Shown in pieces: positions 57,133 through 64,000 of a stretch of DNA of 64,000 nucleotides. The notes under the pieces are model-generated. The model saw only the letters and a list, made by a program, of their open reading frames with translations, did not search any database and was not told the origin of the DNA. This DNA is from an uncultured Eubacteriales bacterium (GTDB taxonomy: Bacteria > Acidobacteriota > Aminicenantia > Aminicenantales > Aminicenantaceae): the NCBI GenBank assembly GCA_964584935.1, contig CAZPBN010000003.1, positions 39,880 through 103,879 of the forward strand, written 5' to 3'. How positions within the stretch are numbered: position 1 is the stretch's first letter; each line of letters begins with the position of its first letter. Made by a program: the position numbers and the translations under genes.

Positions 57133-57639
57133 TTTTGTCCACTATCGGAAATATAATGAATTTTTTAAACAAAATCAACCCGAAATCTTATTTTTATCGT
57201 GTATTCGACCTGTATGCTGTTCCAATTCTTCTTGGGCTCCGAGGCTCCGGCCGAATATTTTTCATGATCATTCCTTTGACCAAGGGGTAGGCCCCGATGA
57301 CCCCTTGAGTAGTATAAATGTCCAAAGAAAAAAAATTACTATCCCCAATCATAAAACCTGATATTTTCTCACGGATCAAAGAAACTCACTGGGCTATCAT
57401 AGCCAGTCTTCTCATTGCTACAATAACGATTCCACCTTTGTTAAGGTTGTTATATGAAACAGAATAGGGATTATTCCGGCAAAGAGACCAAATTTGCAAG
57501 ATAATGAACGGACTTATACATCCATTTTTGTTGCTTGGATGTGTTGTAATCCTAATAATTGTTGGTGGTTTATTTCTAGGATTGGGTAGACTTCGTACTC
57601 GAGATATAGGGCTCATCAAGTCGAAATTGCCTATTGGGT

Positions 57640-57900
57640 TTGTATCTCTATTTGGTCTTTGGATTACCCCACAATTAATTTTGATGATAATTAAAGTCAT
57701 TGACAGAATCATCGATCACCTTAAACTAACCTTTAAGGCAAAATGTCCTCCTCCCACCCAAGCCCAGCTTCCTATGGCAGCTGAGAAAAAAGTGCCATAT
57801 CTATAAAAGTCTTAGTTCCTTTATGAATCTAAATGTCCGAGTCTATTCTTTATCGCTATTATATTGTCATTTTTACTAAAATTATCTTCTTCTTTCTTCT
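57640..57900 (+). mobile_element. Remnant of the 3' end of an IS91-like transposase gene plus downstream element end; paralogous to 11492-11800 on the minus strand
   Basis: ...MIIKVIDRIIDHLKLTFKAKCPPPTQAQLPMAAEKKVPYL* closely matches the minus-strand frame at 11574-11700. About 100 nt after the stop codon are also conserved (aatgtccgagtctattctttatcgctattatattgtcatttttactaaaattatctt). Confidence 0.45.
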
Positions 57901-58034
57901 TTGAATTATCTCCTTGACAGGATACTTTTATTTTCTTTAAAATCGTTAAAGTAGAAGTTGAGAGGAGAGGGAATTAGTAGGAATCATTAAAATGAGTCAA
58001 AATCTAAGAAAGCTGAAAAAGGAAATACCTATAT

Positions 58035-58502
58035 TTGTTCAAATTTGGAAGCTGTCAGCTTCACATCGAATGGGCTTCACCTGTTGAAGCTTCTAAAGAA
58101 GGCCAAGCAAGAGGCAACAGCGGTGTTTTCTTAATAGGCCTCTATGAAGTTCAGGTGCTGGATAATTATAAGAATAAGACTTATGCGGATGGTATGGCTG
58201 GTGCTGTGTATGGACAGTATCCTCCTCTGGTTAATGTGTGCCGTCCGCCTGGAAAATGGCAGTGTTTTGATATTATCTTTGTGGCTACTCAGTTTGGTGA
58301 AAACAAGAGGCTGAAACAGCCGGCCCGCATGACTGTGTTTCATAATCATGTTTTGGTCCAACATGATGTGGCGCTGACAGGCCCTACTGCCTGGAAAAAG
58401 AGGCCTTCTTATAAGCCTCATGCCCAGAGATTGCCCCTTTCTCTTCAGGACCATGGAGACCCGGTTCGGTTCAGAAATATATGGATCCAAGATTTCAATT
58501 GA
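58035..58502 (+). CDS. DUF1080 (3-keto-disaccharide hydrolase-like) domain protein, apparently 5'-truncated
   Basis: LHIEWASP...NSGVFL...YEVQVLD...GAVYGQYPP...LQDHGDPVRFRNIWI are the family blocks. The signal peptide and the first 60-80 residues or so are missing, and the start is a non-ATG codon. Confidence 0.55.
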   Translation: MFKFGSCQLHIEWASPVEASKEGQARGNSGVFLIGLYEVQVLDNYKNKTYADGMAGAVYGQYPPLVNVCRPPGKWQCFDIIFVATQFGENKRLKQPARMTVFHNHVLVQHDVALTGPTAWKKRPSYKPHAQRLPLSLQDHGDPVRFRNIWIQDFN

Positions 58503-58555
58503 TTGAGACTGATATTCAGGTTAGGTCAGATTAAAATGTCTGAGGGAGGTGAGTC

Positions 58556-60544
58556 ATGGAAGTCCCTATTCTGAAAGAAACTATCATTGTTCTGGCGGCA
58601 GCCATTGGTGTCTTTTTTGTCAGCCATAGATTAAGGCTGCCCACTGTGACTGGTTTCATCTTGACAGGCATTCTTATCGGGCCCGGCGGGTTTGGCCTGA
58701 TAAAGGATACCCACAGCATCGATGTACTGGCTGAGATTGGAGTGGTCATGCTCCTCTTCACCATCGGGCTGGATATCTCTTTTGAAAAACTGGGCAACCT
58801 GAAAAAGTTTTTTTGGGTGGGTGGAGGACTCCAAGTATGCCTAACATCACTTCTGGTTATCGGAGTGCTGCAGTTTTTTTATTTCTCTTTATCTGAACTG
58901 ATCGTTTATGGGTTTTTAATTTCACTCAGCAGTACAGCCCTAGTATTAAAAATCTATTCGGACTCCAATCAGCTTGAATCCCCCCAGGGCAATATTTCCC
59001 TTGGTATCCTTCTTTTCCAGGATATAAGTCTTGTTCCCATGATTGTCATCACCCAATTTCTTGGTCAGGCAGGGACTCATTCCTTAGCCAAAATGCTGGT
59101 GAGATTTTCCTTAAGCATCCTGGCTGTGGGAGCCGTGGTCATTATTGCCAGACACCTCATGCCGCGGATTTTGTTTCTCATGGTCAAGACCAGGGTAAGA
59201 GAAATTTTCTTGATCACCAGCCTATTCCTATGTCTGGGCATGGCTTTTTTAACCTCGTCCCTTGGGTTGTCCCTGGCCTTGGGGGCTTTCCTGGCTGGGA
59301 TCATCATCTCTGAATCAGAATACAGCTACCAGGTTACCGCAGAGATTATGCCTTTGAAGGACCTTTTCATCAGCCTATTTTTTATTTCTATCGGCATGCT
59401 GCTTAATCTTCAATTTGCCTGGAATGAAAAATTCATCATAATCACTTTGGTTTTGATTGTCCTATTTCTGAAGGCTCTTATTGTTTTTTTAATCATAAAA
59501 ATCATCAGATATCCCACTCGGATTGCTCTTATAACCGGGCTGGGGCTGGCTCAAATAGGAGAATTTTCTTTTGTTCTGGCAGGCGTGGGCAAAGCCAATG
59601 GCCTTATCCCCGAAGAAATCTTCCAGATTTTTATTGCCTCTTCTATTTTGACCATTCTGGCAACTCCATTTCTTTTCCAATTCTCGCCAGTTCTAGTATC
59701 AGGATTAGAGAAAATATTTAAGACAAAACAAAATTTAAAACCAGTCCAGAAAGAAAAAGAAGAGACCTTTAAAAATCATGTCATAATCGGCGGTTATGGT
59801 CTGAACGGCCGTAATCTTGCTCGGGTTCTCAAGGAAACAGGGATTCCCTATTCCATCATTGAACTCAATCCAGATACGGTCAGAAAAGTTCTTAAGAATG
59901 GAGAACCCATTATTTTTGGTGACATTTCTTCCCGGGAAGTACTCCAGGCTGCAGGAATCGACCAGGCCAAGGTAGTTGTTTTTGCCATTTGTGATCCCAT
60001 AGCCATAAACACAGCAATCAAGACCGCCAGAGAAATGAACAGAGAAGTTTATATCATTGTCAGGACCAGATTTGTTTCTGAAATAGATGAGTTGTACAAA
60101 CTGGGAGCCAATCAGGTGATTCCACAGGAATTCGAGACTTCAATTGAAATTTTTGCCAGAGTCCTGGAGGAATTCCGTATCCCCAGAAACATCATTAATG
60201 CTCAGATCAAGCTCATTCGCAACGAATGCTATGGAATGTTGAGGGGAGTGGCCAAAACCAAGCGGACTATGGAGAAAATAGCCGAACTCCTCAGAGCTGG
60301 AACGACAGAAACTTTTTTAATTCCTCAAGATTCTCCAGCTGCGGGAAAAACATTAAAAGAGCTAGATATAAGGCAGAAAACAGGAGCCAATATTATTGCC
60401 GTAGTCAGAGGAGAAGAATCCATCACCAGTCCCTCTCCAGATTTTAAAATAAAAGAAGGGGACACCCTTGTTCTGGTCGCCAATCACAAAGATATGGACA
60501 GAGCTTTCCACTTCCTCGATTCCCAGTCGAATGAGGATGCCTGA
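58556..60544 (+). CDS. CPA2-family monovalent cation:proton antiporter with C-terminal TrkA-N and TrkA-C (RCK) domains (Kef-type)
   Basis: A polytopic N-terminal region of about 390 aa, Rossmann motif IIGGYGLNGRNLA, and a C-terminal TrkA-C (GKTLKELDIRQKTGANIIAVVRG). Confidence 0.9.
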   Translation: MEVPILKETIIVLAAAIGVFFVSHRLRLPTVTGFILTGILIGPGGFGLIKDTHSIDVLAEIGVVMLLFTIGLDISFEKLGNLKKFFWVGGGLQVCLTSLLVIGVLQFFYFSLSELIVYGFLISLSSTALVLKIYSDSNQLESPQGNISLGILLFQDISLVPMIVITQFLGQAGTHSLAKMLVRFSLSILAVGAVVIIARHLMPRILFLMVKTRVREIFLITSLFLCLGMAFLTSSLGLSLALGAFLAGIIISESEYSYQVTAEIMPLKDLFISLFFISIGMLLNLQFAWNEKFIIITLVLIVLFLKALIVFLIIKIIRYPTRIALITGLGLAQIGEFSFVLAGVGKANGLIPEEIFQIFIASSILTILATPFLFQFSPVLVSGLEKIFKTKQNLKPVQKEKEETFKNHVIIGGYGLNGRNLARVLKETGIPYSIIELNPDTVRKVLKNGEPIIFGDISSREVLQAAGIDQAKVVVFAICDPIAINTAIKTAREMNREVYIIVRTRFVSEIDELYKLGANQVIPQEFETSIEIFARVLEEFRIPRNIINAQIKLIRNECYGMLRGVAKTKRTMEKIAELLRAGTTETFLIPQDSPAAGKTLKELDIRQKTGANIIAVVRGEESITSPSPDFKIKEGDTLVLVANHKDMDRAFHFLDSQSNEDA

Positions 60545-60722
60545 GATATTATCACGGGATTAGAAATGCTCACCTCTAGCAACGCGGACATAGTCATGTG
60601 TGAGTATTGATTATGATGGTCAATTCCAAAATAATTCATTCGTGCACCTCCTAATTTTTAGATTTGACCTTGCGGATAGTCTATCATACTTTAGACTACG
60701 GCAGGAGGTGCATCACATCATC

Positions 60723-60899
60723 ATGCTACCTATATTTGTTCAGACAAAAACAGTGGTGATACTGCTCACCAACCGGGTTCATCCCCATGATGAAGGCTCT
60801 ATTGTCTCCTTAAGAAGTAAGGTTACCAATGTGACAGCCAGCTCTGTCATGAAAATTGAAAGAGGGGTCCAAATGAATAGGACTCATTTTCCCCTATAG
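60723..60899 (+). pseudogene. C-terminal fragment of a beta-lactamase-family serine hydrolase
   Basis: KTVVILLTNRVHPHDEG resembles the conserved C-terminal block (..V.LLTNR.HP) of class C-like esterases/PBPs. No upstream catalytic domain is present. Confidence 0.35.
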
Positions 60900-61014
60900 G
60901 ATTGACTGAGCTTCTTTAGATTGAATTCTTCCCGATCCAGCATTATTGAGAAAATAATAGAAAGAAATTCTCAATGGAAAGGGTTTTGCAGGAAGAAAAA
61001 ATGGAAAAGGATTT

Positions 61015-61725
61015 TTACTTTCCTAACTGGATCTGAATGTCTGCTTTTTCTTTCAATCGGTCAATATATTTTTTTTGGGCCAGATATCGTTTGAGCTGGT
61101 CTTTGACTTCTTTAAATTCCATCTGATATTGTCTTTGTTCATAGAGCTCTTTAATTTCTTTATCCGTAATTTTTACTTTTTCTAAGACTATCTCTTCAAT
61201 CAATTTCTGAACTATCAAACTGTCTTTTTGCTGCTGGATAAACATTTCTTTAAATTTCTCCAGAGATTCAATTCCTTGTTTTTGTAATGCCTTGAGCAAC
61301 TCTTCTTCGCTCATATTCTGCTGTTGTTTGATCATTTCTAATTGATCCTTGAAATAATTTTCCTTATCCTTTTGAGTTAATTCAATTTCCTCTCTTTCAG
61401 CTTCTCTTTCCAACAGTTTTCTAGAAATCAAATTATTCAATTGACTCCTTTTGTAAGCATCGAGAAACTTCTCACCTTCCGGCGAAGTGTACAAAAACTG
61501 CACGAATTGGGGATATTGCTGCTGCAGCTGAATCATAATTTGCTGAAGGTTAGCCATTTGTTCCAGTTCTTTCATATACACTTCTTTTCCATCAATAGTA
61601 GCCACCACTTGCTTCTTATTTTGCTGCAGTTCTGATTGTTCCTGTCCCGATAAAGGAGCTGAAAAAATAAAAAGAGAAATCAGCACACAAGTGGTCATGA
61701 TTTTCATATTCATAAAAACCTCCAT
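61015..61725 (-). CDS. Secreted SurA-N-terminal-domain-like chaperone (no PPIase domain seen)
   Basis: Signal peptide MKIMTTCVLISLFIFSAPLSGQ. VATIDGKEVYMKELEQ followed by a long helical Gln/Glu/Lys-rich region, typical of SurA_N-type periplasmic chaperones. Confidence 0.55.
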   Translation of the reverse strand: MEVFMNMKIMTTCVLISLFIFSAPLSGQEQSELQQNKKQVVATIDGKEVYMKELEQMANLQQIMIQLQQQYPQFVQFLYTSPEGEKFLDAYKRSQLNNLISRKLLEREAEREEIELTQKDKENYFKDQLEMIKQQQNMSEEELLKALQKQGIESLEKFKEMFIQQQKDSLIVQKLIEEIVLEKVKITDKEIKELYEQRQYQMEFKEVKDQLKRYLAQKKYIDRLKEKADIQIQLGK

Positions 61726-61927
61726 TTATACATTTCTATTTTATGAACCCTAAACAAGGTTTCTTTTTTCCCTTTGGTAAATATTTACAAAAGGAGATGA
61801 AAAGATGTTAAAAAAAAGACCCAGTTAAGACTTGAATCTCAATTTGCTATCTTTCGTCTCCATTAACTTAACATCTTTTCAGTATCAATACAACTCCGTG
61901 TAAGCATCCTTATTTCCGTGATAGCAT

Positions 61928-62130
61928 TTAAGCTGCATACTTGGCTGCTTCCGTTTTCCTTTGATCCCAATATAATTCCCATTCTTCATTAAGTTTCAAC
62001 AACCGCATTTGAAGAAGAGGATTGACTCCATGTCGAAACCAACTCATCCCTCTTTTCTTGAACCGTCTCGAGACTGTAATATCTACGGTTTTTTCTATCG
62101 GACCTGATCCATATCCTTTGACTTTCGGAA
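61928..62130 (-). mobile_element. C-terminal remnant of an IS transposase (family uncertain, ISKra4-like tail)
   Basis: IEKTVDITVSRRFKKRGMSWFRHGVNPLLQMRLLKLNEEWELYW fits the xE....v..R.K..GM.W...G....L.lR....N..W..yW tail of several IS transposases. The rest of the 195-aa ORF is low-complexity and overlaps the wecB start. Confidence 0.35.
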
Positions 62131-62471
62131 TGTTTCTGATCCAATAGCCCCTCTTTCTCGACTCAACAAAAAACAATCCGCATAAGGCGATGGATAAGTA
62201 AAAGTATAATGCTTCCAGAGAAAAGTTCAAACAAAAAAACAGTAACAAATCTCGCTCCAGCCTTACCTGAATTTCATCTTGACTCGCCGGGAAGATAAAA
62301 AAAATAGCGATTAAAAGATCAATAAGAACAAGAAGATCGTTGAGAGGATTATTCTTAGAAAAGTCTTGAAACTCCCATGAAAAAAAATAATAATAAACAC
62401 ATTGACTTATTTTTATGAATGGTTCAGATTCATAGGGATTATTCACTAAGAAGAAAAGGAATGCAATTCCC

Positions 62472-63710
62472 ATGAAAAAAGTATTATTCGTATTCGGCAC
62501 CCGACCGGAAGCCATAAAACTGGCTCCCTTAATTCTAGCGATGAAAAATCAGCAGTCCCCAAAGAATCAAAAGACCCCAAAAACCCAGCAGCCCCAAAAC
62601 CAGAATTTAAAGAAACTAAAGAAATTAATTCCTGTGGTCTGTGTGACCTCCCAGCATCAAGAGATACTCCAGCAGGTCTTAGTCCATTTTAATATTGTTC
62701 CAGATCATGACCTCAACCTCATGACAGAAGGACAGACCCTTTTTGACGTAACAGCCCACGGTTTGCAAAAGCTCCAGCATGTACTTCATCAGGAAACTCC
62801 GGATGCAGTGATAGTTCAAGGGGATACCAACACCACTTTTTTAGCTTCTTTGGCTGCCTATTATAAAAAGATTCCTATTGGTCATGTAGAAGCCGGGCTT
62901 CGCTCCCAAGATAAATACAATCCCTTCCCCGAAGAGCTTTTCCGTAGAATGACAGATGCTCTTTCCGACTGGTGCTTTGCTCCCACTGAACAAGCCGTTC
63001 AGAATTTAAGAAAAGAAAATATTGAAGAGCAAAAAATTCACCTTACCGGCCAAACCGGAATCGATGCTCTGTTTATGACTCTGGAAAAGCTCAAATCCCT
63101 TTCCTCAGAGAAAGAGGCAGAAGCCTTCCTTCCCAGCTTCATAAAAGATCCTGGTCCCGGACAGAAATGGGATGAGCCCAAAGACAAACAAAAAATCATC
63201 CTCATCACTCTTCACCGCCGAGAAAGCTTTGGCAGGGATTTGCTCGCTGTATGCCAGGGGATAAAAGAGCTGGCTTATGAATTAGCTCACAAAGTTCCCC
63301 ACGCCCGGATTGTCTGGCCGGTCCATCCCAATCCAGAAGTTTCCAAGCCTGTAAAGTCCCAGTTAGATTCTGTTCCCCTTGTATTCCTGATACCTCCTCT
63401 TGATTATCCTTCCTTTGTCTGGATGATGAAGCGCTCTTATCTTATTTTAACAGATTCAGGAGGAGTCCAGGAAGAAGCCCCTTCTTTTGGGAAGCCGGTT
63501 CTGGTCCTCAGAAAAAAAACAGAACGACCTGAAGCCATTCAGGCCGGCACAGCCCGGCTGATAGGAACCAACCCCCAAACAATCGTCAGGAAGACCCTGG
63601 CCCTTATTAAGGAGCAAGGCAAATACCAAAAAATGGCCCGCCGAGTCAATCCTTTCGGAGACGGCAAATCCTGCTTGAGGATAATAAAAATTCTGGAAGA
63701 GGAACTTTAA
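62472..63710 (+). CDS. wecB: UDP-N-acetylglucosamine 2-epimerase (non-hydrolysing) with a Gln/Lys/Pro-rich insertion
   Basis: FGTRPEAIKLAP, HVEAGLRS, DSGGVQEEAPSFGKPVLVLR and NPFGDG motifs. Confidence 0.9.
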   Translation: MKKVLFVFGTRPEAIKLAPLILAMKNQQSPKNQKTPKTQQPQNQNLKKLKKLIPVVCVTSQHQEILQQVLVHFNIVPDHDLNLMTEGQTLFDVTAHGLQKLQHVLHQETPDAVIVQGDTNTTFLASLAAYYKKIPIGHVEAGLRSQDKYNPFPEELFRRMTDALSDWCFAPTEQAVQNLRKENIEEQKIHLTGQTGIDALFMTLEKLKSLSSEKEAEAFLPSFIKDPGPGQKWDEPKDKQKIILITLHRRESFGRDLLAVCQGIKELAYELAHKVPHARIVWPVHPNPEVSKPVKSQLDSVPLVFLIPPLDYPSFVWMMKRSYLILTDSGGVQEEAPSFGKPVLVLRKKTERPEAIQAGTARLIGTNPQTIVRKTLALIKEQGKYQKMARRVNPFGDGKSCLRIIKILEEEL

Positions 63711-63711
63711 T

Positions 63712-64000
63712 ATGCCTCAGAAGCCCCTCAGAAAAAAGATCTCCCTATTTGTTCTCCTGATATTGATAGCTGTGTGGGCAGTGCTGGGGATCAAGTTTTA
63801 CCGCCAGTGGAGTCTGCACCGCGATGTCAGCCGCTACATCACTACTCCCTCTCTCAAACCAACCCTGCAGAGGATCAAAGCGGTCCGATTTGACCCTTCC
63901 TTTTATTATCAAGGAAAACGCCCCTCTGAATTGGCCAAAGAACTGGCTCACCGCTGGCAGGAGGCAGGAATCAATTTGGTTTTTTTCCGCGCTTATGACC
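63712..64000 (+). CDS. Membrane-anchored protein, 5' part only (runs off the window)
   Basis: The ATG lies 2 nt after the wecB stop. MPQKPLRKKISLFVLLILIAVWAVLGI is a TM anchor, and the frame stays open to the window end. Confidence 0.5.
   Translation, partial: MPQKPLRKKISLFVLLILIAVWAVLGIKFYRQWSLHRDVSRYITTPSLKPTLQRIKAVRFDPSFYYQGKRPSELAKELAHRWQEAGINLVFFRAYD

Noticed and set aside
57386-57806. The two overlapping ORFs (108 aa on the minus strand, 100 aa on the plus strand) as real genes.
   Set aside because: They lie on the IS91-like remnant. The plus-strand ORF is a chimera of decayed transposase tail and upstream junk, and no RBS is present.
61928-62515. The 195-aa minus-strand ORF as an intact gene.
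   Set aside because: Its 5' part overlaps the wecB start and is hydrophobic low-complexity sequence. Only the last 65 codons or so look like a transposase tail, so only that part is reported, as a remnant.
1-64000. A search by eye for CRISPR arrays, tRNA/rRNA/tmRNA genes, integrase genes and intact IS elements.
   Set aside because: I saw no regularly spaced direct repeats, no GGTTCGAATCC-type T-arm motifs, no rRNA-like conserved stretches, and only transposase fragments. A tRNAscan/Infernal run is still advisable because scanning by eye is not exhaustive.

Overview
This is an AT-rich bacterial chromosomal window that is densely coding on both strands. I found no rRNA, tRNA or CRISPR array by eye.

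Housekeeping and core content:
- a tricorn-like S41 peptidase
- a DUF72-PolX-LigA DNA-repair gene string
- an RRM RNA-binding protein and an FKBP isomerase
- a complete archaeal-order A/V-type ATPase operon (H-I-K-E-C-F-A-B-D) whose proteolipid carries the Na+-binding residue set
- an OmpR/PhoR-type two-component pair
- IlvE, a Kef-type CPA2 antiporter and WecB

Accessory content:
- a glycan-assembly locus (GT4-AsnB-GT4 facing WecA-like/DegT/PIG-L/WbqC), followed by an ExeA-like ATPase and an HD-GYP protein
- four toxin-antitoxin modules: VapBC, RelE/antitoxin and two AbiEi/AbiEii pairs
- several gene fragments and IS-transposase remnants

The most interesting locus is at about 44.8-50.7 kb. 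It is a RiPP-type cluster with lasso-style leader-processing genes (a PqqD-like RRE plus a transglutaminase-like B2 protease), an HPr-kinase-like protein, a PF14907-type nucleotidyltransferase, a SPASM radical SAM and a B12-binding radical SAM. No lasso cyclase is present in the locus. Beside it I found an ORF of 47 codons (50462..50605, minus strand), which is below the 60-aa minimum seen in the supplied ORF track. It has its own -35/-10 promoter and Shine-Dalgarno site. Its leader carries a YxxPxI motif, and its Cys-rich core has a lasso-like Ala1/Glu8 layout and a C-terminal Thr.

A structured repeat of about 170-200 nt occurs twice, at 4.1-4.3 kb on the plus strand and at 49.1-49.3 kb on the minus strand. 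The second copy lies directly upstream of the RiPP operon promoter. All functional calls rest on motif recognition by eye and none was verified by database search.
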